The notes beneath the pieces were generated by a model, which was given only the letters and a program-made list of their open reading frames with translations, was not told where the DNA came from and ran no database searches. Shown in pieces: positions 40,929 through 51,976 of a stretch of DNA of 64,000 bases. Where the stretch lies: the IMG/VR virus record IMGVR_UViG_3300042391_001376, positions 124,001 through 188,000 of that record. One strand, given 5' to 3'. Within the stretch, counting starts at the first letter, position 1. The number at the start of each line of letters is the position of its first letter. The position numbers and the translations under genes are program-made.

Positions 40929-41298
40929 ATACCCAACAAATTATCCTAAGCATGGCTTTCACATGTGTCATGGGTGCGGGTCTATGGCTCCGCATCATAC
41001 TCAAGAAAACTTTCCAGATAATGGATGGGCATTTAATCTCAATCACTTCGGATACTATGCCGGCTTCACAGATCCAATCGGAGAACCAGAACAACTAGTC
41101 AGACTATGTCACGACTGCGTAATAAAGTTCCTAGACGCCTTCCCACTACTCAGTGTACTAGTAGGCAAAGGATGCCACAGCCAATCAGGCCCCAATGAAA
41201 AACCATGCTGTCAATATGCATGGAAAGCAGAATGGATAGGCAACAGTGCCATAACCTATTTAGCTTCAGAAGATGGCCAACAATGGATCATCCAATAA
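40891..41298 (+). CDS. Zn-binding hypothetical protein
   Basis: CHGC, CHDC, CH...CC motifs. Confidence 0.55.
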   Translation: MGTYDPKERKVNEYPTNYPKHGFHMCHGCGSMAPHHTQENFPDNGWAFNLNHFGYYAGFTDPIGEPEQLVRLCHDCVIKFLDAFPLLSVLVGKGCHSQSGPNEKPCCQYAWKAEWIGNSAITYLASEDGQQWIIQ

Positions 41299-41527
41299 CA
41301 CTCTCTATTACTCCCTATATAACAATACTACTCCCCAAACCTTTTTTCTTGGGGGGCCGAGCGAAGCGAGGCCTCCCTTACCCTAGTAGACTTCCGCAAG
41401 GAAGCTCATAAAAAAATTCGAGGTAGTCCTCAGACCGCCGAGAAAAAAAGAGTACAGATGTTGCAAGTGAGTACACGAGACTGCTATACTGATATCCTAG
41501 GAAATAAACACTAAAAGGAGATTATGT

Positions 41528-41743
41528 ATGCCTCGGCAGCATCAATCTAAAGCTGTTCGGAAAGTTCTTGCAGAACTAACCAGACTAGGCTTTAACGTTG
41601 AACAAAAGAAATCAGGTGTCTATCGGATCACTCCACCCCCAGGGGTAGATGGTCCACTGTATACGACACATGGCACGGAATCAGCATTGCATCCGATGCG
41701 CCGTGACTTTAAAAAATATTATAACATAGATATCAACGTTTAA
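41528..41743 (+). CDS. HicA-like (dsRBD-fold) small protein
   Basis: alpha-beta-beta-beta-alpha pattern (RKVLAELTRLGFNVEQKKSGVYRITPP...HPMRRDFKK); the usual G-H histidine is replaced by V. Confidence 0.55.
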   Translation: MPRQHQSKAVRKVLAELTRLGFNVEQKKSGVYRITPPPGVDGPLYTTHGTESALHPMRRDFKKYYNIDINV

Positions 41744-42181
41744 AGTGTTTGCTTCCATGGGAGAGCTCATCTCGTATCTCTACTAGGTGGTGGTAGCTAT
41801 ACTTGGGTGGGTGGGCTCTCCCGCCCCCCTACACTATAAGTATTAAATTAAGTTTAATAATAAGATTAAGCTTACACTACCTCTACCACACACACACAAA
41901 ACCTAGACCCAACCCAACAAAAATGTTAGACAAACCAATAAATGGAACCCTCTCGCCCCAGCACCCATTATAACTTATATAACTCAGTATAAATCGATAT
42001 AAACATATAGATACACATGTGTACACACATCTATTCCGTATACAGTACACTTGTGTACACAATAAAGAATTCTCCCTCTGAATTCTGATATAGGAATAAG
42101 ACAGATCAACAATGCCTAGTCCGTATAGGATAGTATTAGAATAGTATTAGAATAAACAATGTATCGTGAAAGGATACTTAT

Positions 42182-42613
42182 ATGCTCTTTATGATGATGA
42201 TATGGTTAGCTGTAGCTTCTACCGTAGTAGAAATGATGTTCGCGGCAAGGATCCCAGCCTGGCGTAAGAACGCACACAAATACAAATGGGTTAACATGGC
42301 ACTATCCTTACTCTTATCATTCGTCCTAGGTGTAATGTTCGGTGCAGCCGGACTAATCGCCTTAGGTGCAGCCATGATATCCACCGTCCTATCCATCCCA
42401 GGCTATGCTATCCTACACTGGAATTATGATTCCAAGGAAGCACAAAAGCATGGTGGCAATATGACGCATTACCTTCGCGGCAAATGGATACAAGCATTCA
42501 AAGACCTAGCAAAGGTTATTTACGGAATTATTAGAATAATCACATTCCCCATCTGGGCAACCAGAGCAGTAATAAATAAACTTAACTCAGTCAAACAACG
42601 TAGGACGGCATAG
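42182..42613 (+). CDS. Multi-pass membrane protein
   Basis: Three to four hydrophobic helices. Confidence 0.7.
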   Translation: MLFMMMIWLAVASTVVEMMFAARIPAWRKNAHKYKWVNMALSLLLSFVLGVMFGAAGLIALGAAMISTVLSIPGYAILHWNYDSKEAQKHGGNMTHYLRGKWIQAFKDLAKVIYGIIRIITFPIWATRAVINKLNSVKQRRTA

Positions 42614-42672
42614 ACATCCTGTCAGCGAAAGCAATATAACAAAAAATTACAAAAAAATTTCGCGCCGAACGG

Positions 42673-42745
42673 GCCTTGGTAGCTCAGGGGATAGAGCAAC
42701 GGACTTCTAATCCGCAGGTCGTAGGTTCAATTCCTACCCAAGGCG
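42673..42745 (+). tRNA. tRNA-Arg (TCT)
   Basis: Acceptor GCCTTGG/CCAAGGC, anticodon loop CTTCTAA, T-arm GTAGG-TTCAATT-CCTAC. Confidence 0.93.
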
Positions 42746-42790
42746 CCCACTCAAAATCAAAGAAGTGACAACCAAAGCAAAGGACATGTA

Positions 42791-44807
42791 ATGGCCAAAT
42801 ACTCTATGACATGGGAAGACCACTACTTTATCTTCTACAAGATGAACCGCAACAGAACCATAACTTCTGTCGGTACACCAAAGGAAATAACCCTTTGTAA
42901 TAACAAATACAACGAAGCATTCTACGGCGTTCGAGCCGGCAAATACGGTATTTTTATACCGTCAGACGCAGAACGCTGGGGAGTCTTCAGTTTTATCAAT
43001 AACATATGGACACCACAATTTGGTGACCTTATACCTAAAGAATATGAACGCCAACTGTACACTCTGGACCAAGGACGCTTTGCGCTCCTCAGAAGAAGTA
43101 CAGTGAATATTAATTTCTCAATAACCACCAAAACAAACACAAAGGCTAAATCATGAGTACCGTCCGAATCAACCTCCCAAATGACATCACTATTGAAGCA
43201 ACACCCGACCAAGCAGTTGCTATCCTAGCCAAGCTGTCTACCCCTAACGCAGAGACTGAAGATCAGCGTATTAACAGAATTAAAGCTCAGAATGCGGCAA
43301 TTAAGCCTAAGCTTGAAGCCGAACTAAAAGAGCTTGAAGCCAAGATTGTCAAAGACAAGAAGGCTCCAGCTAATAAAACAATCATTGCTGACCTTCCAGT
43401 ATCATCACAAATCAGTCGTCCACAGCGTGAAGTATTGGACTCAATATTCTTCTACGCCCCAAGCAGAACAAAGTCTAAAGGCAAAGCAGCTTATGTGGCG
43501 GCCATCTTAATGGATCGCGAAATACACAGCATGCAAGAGCTTAAGCGTCTTTCTAATGCGCCAACAAGCACCGTCACATTTGCTATACGCCGTCTACGCG
43601 AAGCTGGTAGCACCGTTGAAGTTAGCTCGCAAGTAATGAGTAAGAATACTTTAGTACAGCTTACTCGTCTTGCTAAACCTAAGTTTAAAGTTAACAGAAC
43701 ACTTACGCGTACTAAAACAAAGACACAGAATTCCTCTGCGTCAGCAAAGAATTCACCAATCATAATCCCTAAAGGATTCACAGAACTAACCGTGTAAACG
43801 GTTAACAAGTTGTCAGTACTGGGCTATGTAATCAAGGTTGTTCATGGTCTGATTGCACAGGGTCCCTTTCAACTTAAACTTCCTGAGAGTTTAAGTCCGC
43901 TCCGCTTCCCCAGGCGTGAGCCCCAGTCTGGCATTTATTTAAAGGAATATTATGACCATAACACAAACAGAAATACCAGCACATATAGAGCAATTACTTG
44001 ATGTACACAATACATTATGGGATGCTCTCTCAGACTCCTATGCCGGTTTAAAATTAGACTATAAAGGCAGTAAGTATGATATATATAAGCCAGAACATAA
44101 TGGCTTTACATCTACTGTTCTATCTAATGACAACGGCAAAAACTTTTTGTGGATTACACAAAATTTAAACAAGTCATCTTACGGTTCATTCGAAATTAAA
44201 AGAGCTCGCTCTCAAGGAGACGATAAACGTATCACTTGGATAGTTGATAACAGCAATGATAAATTTTATTATTGCGCTCTTATTAAAACTTGTGTTTATT
44301 TTGATGGCAAAAAAGATATTCTTGTCGAAAGATATATCAACGATAACACAGAAGTTGTTTATTGTACCAATCCAACTTATGCAAGTTACGTTACACACAA
44401 ATCAAAATATTAACTCAAAAATGTTGGACACCTTAATTTATACACCTTAGGTGTTCACGCATACATTATATATATATTTCTTGTAATGTTGCATTCTAAT
44501 AAATTAAGTGTTATACTATATTTCTAGTAAAAATAAGATATTATTTATATACCTATATATACCTTTCATAACTCAAATTAACTCACATTAAGGACATATT
44601 ATCATGGCTAAGCCTTCAAAAACACCCCTCATTCAAGAATTCATTTCAATGAATAATGGAAAGACATTTTCCACAAAAGAGATGTGCAAAGAAATCGGAG
44701 TAAGTCTTCCTACTCTTCTTGCATTCATCAAAAACAATCCAGACACCTTTAGCTCAATGAGCTATGGCGTCTACAAGATCGAAGTAAACATACAGGCTAC
44801 ATACTAA
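42791..44807 (+). other. Hypothetical genes 42791-43156, 43153-43797 (basic, HTH-like), 43952-44413 and 44604-44807 (HTH-like)
   Basis: SD-led ORFs; the last has the HTH pattern FSTKEMCKEIGVSLPTL. Confidence 0.55.
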
Positions 44808-44886
44808 AACATATATACAAATAAAGAATGAAACTTAACTTTTATTCTTTATACAGGTACTATTCATCTATCGTTAATAAACGATA

Positions 44887-45114
44887 GCGCAGGTAAGTTA
44901 ACACTTACCCATCCCCTAAACAAGGATATGTATTGAATAGATACTTGTTACACCACCATATATGTGATAGAATAATACCAATGCCCGTAACCAGCGGGCA
45001 GGGGAATAATCCCTAACGTAACAGAGAAATACTGTGAAGTCGGAGATGGCTAACCTTGCCACTGTGACGGGCATTTCGTATATGTCCGCACATCTTCGGT
45101 TTCGCAACCTGCGC
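44887..45114 (+). ncRNA. Candidate structured RNA upstream of the SLT gene
   Basis: Nested stems GCGCAGGT(44887-94)/ACCTGCGC(45107-14) and AATGCCCGT(44980-88)/ACGGGCATT(45067-75), plus internal hairpins, in a GC-richer intergenic gap. Confidence 0.45.
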
Positions 45115-45173
45115 CGTACTAATGGTTTCCATTTCGGAAATCAGACAAAGACGAAAAGGAGCGAACACGGAAT

Positions 45174-45770
45174 ATGCAGAATAAATATAACAAATCAATT
45201 ATAGGTGTTATAGCTATATTTTTAGCTTTAACAACTGGAGCCAATGCGCTACTTGCGCAAAAAGTTCCTGACATGGAACCTCCCAGTACCCCTTGGGTAC
45301 TTAGACACATTCCCGACATAATTGAAAGTAAAACAGCACAAGAACCAATTGCCTTTAAACATGGTGATGTATCATGGTTGGCAGACCTAGCTATTAAAGT
45401 AGGCTGGCCCAAGAAAACAATACCTCGCTTAGAGCACATTGTTCTTCGCGAATCAGGCGGTTGTCCTAACCGCATTGGTGGATCCATAGTTGATAAGAAC
45501 TGTAATATTATTGGACACACAGGTGCTACCAATAAATCCGACTCAGGATTATTACAGATCAACGGTGTTAACTGGGATCCTAAAAGACCAGGAACACAAA
45601 TTGCTTGTGCTCGACTTAGGATATGTACACAGGAAGCTATATTAGATCCTGTCAACAATCTTAAAGTGGGACTTCTTCTTTATGAAGAAGCTGGTTGGGG
45701 ACCTTGGGACCCATGTCAGTGGGGCCCAGAGTACGCAAGCAGATGCAAAACAATGCCTAAAATGCCTTGA
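45174..45770 (+). CDS. Secreted lytic transglycosylase (SLT/lysozyme-like)
   Basis: Signal peptide; catalytic RESGG, DSGLLQING, LDPVNNLKVG...GWGPW. Confidence 0.8.
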   Translation: MQNKYNKSIIGVIAIFLALTTGANALLAQKVPDMEPPSTPWVLRHIPDIIESKTAQEPIAFKHGDVSWLADLAIKVGWPKKTIPRLEHIVLRESGGCPNRIGGSIVDKNCNIIGHTGATNKSDSGLLQINGVNWDPKRPGTQIACARLRICTQEAILDPVNNLKVGLLLYEEAGWGPWDPCQWGPEYASRCKTMPKMP

Positions 45771-45804
45771 TGATAATAATCATTTAGGTTTATAGGAATA
45801 AGAC

Positions 45805-45829
45805 GGGGGGCCGAAAGGCCCCCCTTTTT
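45805..45829 (+). terminator. Rho-independent terminator
   Basis: GGGGGGCC-GAAA-GGCCCCCC-TTTTT. Confidence 0.9.
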
Positions 45830-45896
45830 AGTTAACCCAAAAAACATCTTTTTTTGCTAATTCAAAAGTATAGCAAAAACTTAAACTGAAAGGTAC

Positions 45897-48530
45897 ATGA
45901 ACATGCCAATATATCAGCCTGCCGTCCGTTTACAAACAATGCACAACGGACCATTGCGAAGCATTAACGATTATCAATTTGGATTCTATGATGTCGGCTT
46001 CGGTCGGCAAGCTCTTCAATATCTTCACGAAGTAGAAGGTCTTGAAAATCCAATATTTAGAATGGCTACTATGCCAATTCCTTCCAATAAGATTGAAGCA
46101 AAGATTGCAGAAGCATACATCCGTAATCCTAACATCTGCTATTCAATAGTAGATAAAAATAAGATCGTATTAGTACATATCAACGGCAACGATGGTTGGC
46201 TTGATGTATACAAGAAACTTGGTTATGAAATCCTTAGTGGCGACAAGACAGCTAAGCGACTCAAAACCTTCCACCGTGCAGCATTGTTAAATGCTCACTT
46301 CACTAAAGATGAAATCAATGTCCAGATCGTAGATCCAGATGAATATTCATCTTGGTCATTTGAAGATCCATCCTTTCAAGAATGGGCTACAAAAGAATAC
46401 CCTAATATCGACGTTACAGATCCTAAGGTCATCGAGCGTTTGCTTGATGGCGGTTTCGTAATCTCTCGTAAGTTTATTCAGCGTGCAGCTGAAAACTTAC
46501 CAGTATACGAACCACACAAAACTTTAGATACTAAAGAATATTATTACGACTGGCGTGTTCGTAAGAACTTTATTAAAGATATGATGGAATGCTCTATATT
46601 CAATACTCGTATTGTATTCGAAGAGGGTTTCCTCAAGGGCAATGCCATCGTATCTGACAACATGCCAGAAGGTGTAGATATTATCACTACACGCACAAAT
46701 ATAAAGAACGAAATCAAGTATCACAATGGCTTTCAGTTTCTAGCTGAGCCAGTGGGATCGTATGATTCTGTTCTTACTGACACCCAAACTGTTATTAATC
46801 TTCCTAAACTATTCCCTAACGCTGATCTAGAGTATTGGCTTGACGAAGAATACAAAAAGATCTTTGATCTTGCTGTATCCGACAAGCTACTCACTAACTG
46901 GCGTGCAGTTTACAAGCGTCAGTTCCGCAAAATCCACGAAGCAGAAGACGAAGAAGCATATGCCCGCATGAACTATGTGGGCTATCGTTGGCGTAAGCTT
47001 GGCATGAAAATCACTGATTCACCATGGTTGTTTGAAACCTTGGCGATCAGTCATGCCCGACCATTTGCCGATTCATCTAAGCCTCGTATACCAGTTCCAT
47101 GCGCAATAAGTGAACAGGTTATTCCTGAGTCACTTTCTCGTATGGCTGGCTATGACATCGAAGTAGACCAAGGCAAGATACGACGTATCGAAGAACTTGG
47201 TGTACACGTAGTTAGTGACCTTGACTGGCTAGAAATGTATGAGAGCCATGGCGGTCACGACGAGGACGACTACTTCAAGCTGTTCTATCGCACCATGCGT
47301 GGTGGCGAATACGACGGCAAGAAGGTAGTTATCATCTGCCGTTCACCCAATGACCTTGGTGAGTATTCAATCTTTGAATACACCGAAGGTGATTGGTCTC
47401 CAGTATGGCACAACGCTGCTGGTATCCCAACAGAATTTCCAGAAATAAGCGGACGTGACTGGCCAAAGCGTTTAAGTAAAGCTATCTTTGATGGCGACAT
47501 TACTTATTCAGGTTTGCCATCTAAATCACTACCTAAAACTAAGCCTGAACAGGCACCCTATACACCTGACGACGTCATTCGAGATATGAATATCGCAATG
47601 GCTGGCGGTCAAATCGGTGGATATGTAAATGCTTGCATGCTTTATTCTTCGGTGATTCACCGTCACCGTCCAATTCAATTGTGCACTTTAGAGACTGCTC
47701 TCGACAAATGCATTAACCCAGATTCTATAGAAGATGTTATAGCAATTGACAACGAAGCTAAAGCTATTGTTCGTCAAGTTATCGAAAGCAAAACCCCAAT
47801 CGATCAATTCGTTTGGAGTACTCGTGGTTCAGCCCGTTTACTTGAAGAAGATGATGATCTTCTGATAGATGAAAACGGCAAGCTAACCATGATGTCTAAA
47901 TTATGCTATGATAAATTTGCAGAACACACTGCTCGCGTTCGTGAATGGGCACAAAATAATGCCCGTCCATCCGATCCACGCATAGCAGAATTGGGCAATA
48001 GCCAATTGCAAATGTTCTATCATGCACTACCAATTGTCAACCAGTTCCGCTCAGGCATATGGTCAATTAATACATCTGAAGCAACAGCTGAAAATGGATC
48101 TATTGTACGCAACTCTTGGGAATATTTATATTCCAAACAAGTTGACATCATCAATTCATTTGAACTTGAATCTGATCGTCACGACTTCGTACTTGCACTA
48201 TATTCTGTCTGTCTTAATGTGCCAACCAAAGGTGGCAAAATTACAGACCATTATATGATGAACAGATTTGTTTATCCATATCTAGAATCCGCTTTGCAGT
48301 ATTATGGTTTGGGCAAATCTGTCAACTTCCTGATGCAAGAAGATGGTGATGTTAAGATTCTCGAAACATTAGTTACCGAATGGAAGTTTACCGATCCTGA
48401 AGGCAACTCAACTTTATTCAATGATCCAATTGAATTTCAACAAGCTCAGTCTGTTTATTCTAAAGTTCAATTTGTTACAAATTCTGCTTCGTTACTTTCT
48501 TCGGAAGTACGAACTACTTCAAAGTATTAA
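45897..48530 (+). CDS. Two-barrel (QDE-1/YonO-like) RNA polymerase-like protein 2 with a variant catalytic loop
   Basis: LLDGGFVIS, NTRIVFEEGFLKG, HGGHDEDD (47247-47270), ICRSPNDLG; motifs colinear with protein 1. Confidence 0.65.
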   Translation: MNMPIYQPAVRLQTMHNGPLRSINDYQFGFYDVGFGRQALQYLHEVEGLENPIFRMATMPIPSNKIEAKIAEAYIRNPNICYSIVDKNKIVLVHINGNDGWLDVYKKLGYEILSGDKTAKRLKTFHRAALLNAHFTKDEINVQIVDPDEYSSWSFEDPSFQEWATKEYPNIDVTDPKVIERLLDGGFVISRKFIQRAAENLPVYEPHKTLDTKEYYYDWRVRKNFIKDMMECSIFNTRIVFEEGFLKGNAIVSDNMPEGVDIITTRTNIKNEIKYHNGFQFLAEPVGSYDSVLTDTQTVINLPKLFPNADLEYWLDEEYKKIFDLAVSDKLLTNWRAVYKRQFRKIHEAEDEEAYARMNYVGYRWRKLGMKITDSPWLFETLAISHARPFADSSKPRIPVPCAISEQVIPESLSRMAGYDIEVDQGKIRRIEELGVHVVSDLDWLEMYESHGGHDEDDYFKLFYRTMRGGEYDGKKVVIICRSPNDLGEYSIFEYTEGDWSPVWHNAAGIPTEFPEISGRDWPKRLSKAIFDGDITYSGLPSKSLPKTKPEQAPYTPDDVIRDMNIAMAGGQIGGYVNACMLYSSVIHRHRPIQLCTLETALDKCINPDSIEDVIAIDNEAKAIVRQVIESKTPIDQFVWSTRGSARLLEEDDDLLIDENGKLTMMSKLCYDKFAEHTARVREWAQNNARPSDPRIAELGNSQLQMFYHALPIVNQFRSGIWSINTSEATAENGSIVRNSWEYLYSKQVDIINSFELESDRHDFVLALYSVCLNVPTKGGKITDHYMMNRFVYPYLESALQYYGLGKSVNFLMQEDGDVKILETLVTEWKFTDPEGNSTLFNDPIEFQQAQSVYSKVQFVTNSASLLSSEVRTTSKY

Positions 48531-48539
48531 GGAGACAAC

Positions 48540-49384
48540 ATGAAAATATCATCTAAACTTGGCAAGTACACAGGTAAATTCTGTCGTTTTATGAAACGAA
48601 GAGAAACACGCGCAGCGTGGCTAACAGCAGAATGGGCCGCAAGTACTTTAGCATTTGCTACAACAGTTTATGCATTGCTTGTAATTGGTTCCCCTTTACT
48701 AGCATTGCTCTTTTTAGCTATTTACGCTTACGGTAGTTACGCATTGTTTTCAATAATGCTATCTAAATAGATTGGATTTATATGTCTGATATTAAATATT
48801 CTAACTTAGAAATGTTCTGCAAAGAACCACAACAAGAAATAATTAACATAAAGAAATCATTCGAAGAACACGTATCACTTGTCCCCGATACAAAGTTTAG
48901 ACCTAAACTTATGTTGTTTGATTTCTTTGGAACTAAGAAATTTGGTATATCTTCTAAACAATATGATACCGAAAAAGATTTCTATATTTCAATTTCAGAA
49001 ATGCTTTATGCCTACTCTGGCTTTAATGCTGGTTCATGTCTTTTGGTATTAGATTCTAATTCTAAAATAAATGATCATTCTTCTGGCGCTTTAGTTGTTT
49101 ACTTTGCGTCAGACGATGCAGCTGCAAGCATCAAACTCTATTACCATCAAACTGAGTCTAACTCAATTGAATGGATTGAATCTGAAGATGAACATGAAGT
49201 GATAGATTTAAAATCTAAAGATTCACCAAATAGAATAGTTGAACTATTATTTGTTCACACTCATCTCGATAGAGAACCATTCACTCAATCTGAATTACTT
49301 TCCTACTATTCATTGAAAGGTTATAACTTTAGATCTTTTAAAGATTTAAAAACTTTTTATATAGACTATAGTTTTAAAAACTAA
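48540..49384 (+). other. Two hypothetical genes (48540-48770 membrane protein; 48782-49384)
   Basis: SD-led ORFs in operon order. Confidence 0.6.
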
Positions 49385-49555
49385 TTATGAAACATAAAGA
49401 ATATAAAAATAACGCAAAACAAAACAACAAAAAAATCTGTTCTATTTCAAACAAGTCTGTATTAATTTCTACTATAATTAATGAAGACGAAAGTGATGAA
49501 GTAGACCAGTTAATGGCAACTCACAAAACATTTCATTGGACGGAGTCTTACTAAA

Positions 49556-51235
49556 ATGACTTTAACTTTAAGACCTTATCAGATAGAAGCACTTGAATCT
49601 ATTCAAAATCATCTAGACAAAGGTATAGTTAAACAACTTGTCGTTCTCCCAACTGGAGCCGGCAAGACTGTAATTTTTAGTAATATTCCTCAGACCATAA
49701 AAGACAGTTTACCTATGCTAGTTTTAGCTCACCGTGGTGAGTTATTAACCCAAGCTAAAGATAAAATTCTTTGGTCTAATCCTCAACTGGATGTTCAGAT
49801 TGAAAAAGCTGAAGATACAGCTGATCTATGCGATGTTGTAGTAGCATCTGTACCCACTTTGGGTAGAGCTGATTCTCAAAGAATATTAAAATATCCTAAA
49901 GACTATTTTAAAACTATTATCATTGATGAAGCACACCACGCTGCTGCTGAAACATACCGTAGAATACTTGATTACTTTACTCCTAAATTTCTATTGGGTG
50001 TTACAGCAACTCCTCAGAGATCTGACTCTGTTAGATTAACTGATGTATTTGATGAAATCACCTACTATAAAACTATTCAAGACTTGATCCAAGAAGGATA
50101 CTTATGTAGACTTGTTGGCTATAGAATAAAGACCGACACTGACATTTCAGAAGTGGAGACTTCGCATGGCGACTACATGGCATCCCAGTTGGAAGATACT
50201 ATCAATACTCCTACTCGTAACGCTATTGTTGTTAAATCTTATTTTGAGTTTGCGCAGAACAAAAAAGCAGTCGTATTCGCATCCGGTGTTAAGCACGCCA
50301 GAGACTTGGCCGCATCCTTTGCGCAAAAGCAGATACCTGTACGAGTAATACTTGGAGACACTCCAGATGATGAACGAAAACAAGCACTTGCTGACTTTGC
50401 ATCTGGTACTATCAAGGTAATAGTTAACGTTGGCGTACTAACAGAAGGGTTCGATGAGCCTTCTATCGGTGCGATTATACTTGCCCGACCAACACGTTCT
50501 TCCCTACTGTATACACAAATAGTAGGTCGTGGTACTAGACTTTACGAAGGTAAAGACAACTGCATTATCATAGATATTGCTGACACCACTAAAGGCAAGA
50601 AGCCTTTGGGATTACCAACTTTGTTGGGAATGCCACCTGAATTCGACCTGAAGGGTCAAGACCTAGTTGATGTAGCAGAAAAATATAAAGAGCTTGAAGA
50701 CTACTGTCCTGGTGAAGCTGTTCGTGTTTTATCTTTAGATGATATAGAACTAGCTTACAAACGTATCGATCTCTTTATGCCACCACCACCTAACGAAATA
50801 GTTCAAACCTATTCTCGTTTTGTTTGGGCCGAAGTAGCCGAAAATGATTTTCATTTAGGTATCAATCAGGATGAATCTATTAGAATTCATGTTGATGCTT
50901 TAGGCAGATGGACTACCACTCTAAAACAAAAAATAAAAGACGGTTCTAAAGATACTGTGCTTGGTCATCCAGAAGATATGCGTGAAGCATTTGTTCGTAC
51001 CGATAGGTGGATTACAAGTAACAGATCTTATAACCTAAATCTTTTAGATAATACTGCTGCTTGGAGATCTGATTCTCCAACAGATAAACAACACAAGATG
51101 CTTAAGCGCATGGGTATCCCAATCACTGCTGATATGACTAAAGGAACTGCTAGTCAGATTATATCTAAATACTATGAAGCTAATCCCAAGCCTAAATGGC
51201 TTGAAAACAAAATAGCTTCTAAAAAATGGAATTAA
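49556..51235 (+). CDS. Superfamily 2 DEAH helicase
   Basis: LPTGAGKT, LAHR.EL, IIDEAHH, GVTATP, LTEGFD, QIVGRGTR. Confidence 0.95.
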   Translation: MTLTLRPYQIEALESIQNHLDKGIVKQLVVLPTGAGKTVIFSNIPQTIKDSLPMLVLAHRGELLTQAKDKILWSNPQLDVQIEKAEDTADLCDVVVASVPTLGRADSQRILKYPKDYFKTIIIDEAHHAAAETYRRILDYFTPKFLLGVTATPQRSDSVRLTDVFDEITYYKTIQDLIQEGYLCRLVGYRIKTDTDISEVETSHGDYMASQLEDTINTPTRNAIVVKSYFEFAQNKKAVVFASGVKHARDLAASFAQKQIPVRVILGDTPDDERKQALADFASGTIKVIVNVGVLTEGFDEPSIGAIILARPTRSSLLYTQIVGRGTRLYEGKDNCIIIDIADTTKGKKPLGLPTLLGMPPEFDLKGQDLVDVAEKYKELEDYCPGEAVRVLSLDDIELAYKRIDLFMPPPPNEIVQTYSRFVWAEVAENDFHLGINQDESIRIHVDALGRWTTTLKQKIKDGSKDTVLGHPEDMREAFVRTDRWITSNRSYNLNLLDNTAAWRSDSPTDKQHKMLKRMGIPITADMTKGTASQIISKYYEANPKPKWLENKIASKKWN

Positions 51236-51249
51236 CCTGATATACTTTC

Positions 51250-51968
51250 ATGGTGAATAGATTTGATATTAAACATCCTCAAATAACTCCTGAAAAATAT
51301 ATCTTAAATAAATCAGATAAAAGATATAATTATTTAAAAGGATTATACATCCCATCTGATCCTGTAGAAACTCCTAAAATAATATACGCTGATCCTAACG
51401 ATGCTTTAGAAGAATACATATCTTATGATAGCAAGCTTGATATAATTCCATTACATAGCCGCTATCATATGTACGTTGATTTACTATATTATGTTGATCC
51501 CGATAGTATTAATATTATTGCAACAAAAATATATAGATTAGCTTTTGCTAATAACATTGGAAGAAACAGTACAGAAATAATACATGGACCTGTAATGATT
51601 TACGGAACTTCAATTGATTCACTTAATTCTAAATATAAAAATTGTTCTGTTCCTTACGAAGTAATAGAACAAGCATTTAGATTATATGACAACTATTGTT
51701 ACGAAATTTAAGTTACAGCAAAACCTCGGGGATAGACACAAACCCATACAATAAATAAGGAAACAATATGTTAAGTGTAGTTATAGGTAACGACATCAAA
51801 GATGTAGAAAAATTAAATACTGCTATTGATAAACTACAACAACTTAATAACGACAATCAAACAGATGAAGTTATTGATTGGTTAAAGGGTATACATAGCA
51901 TCTTGACTGATAAAAATTTTGGTCAAGAAATGTATGACACGTCTGAATTACTAGACGAAACATTATAA
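51250..51968 (+). other. Two hypothetical genes (51250-51711, 51768-51968)
   Basis: ORFs in operon order. Confidence 0.55.
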
Positions 51969-51976
51969 CCGGTTAT

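Noticed and set aside
45040-45070. Cobalamin riboswitch (GAAGTCGG...GCCACTGTGA resembles the B12 box)
   Set aside because: The conserved GGGAA and GGTG.AA.TCC elements and their spacing are missing; kept only as an unclassified structured RNA
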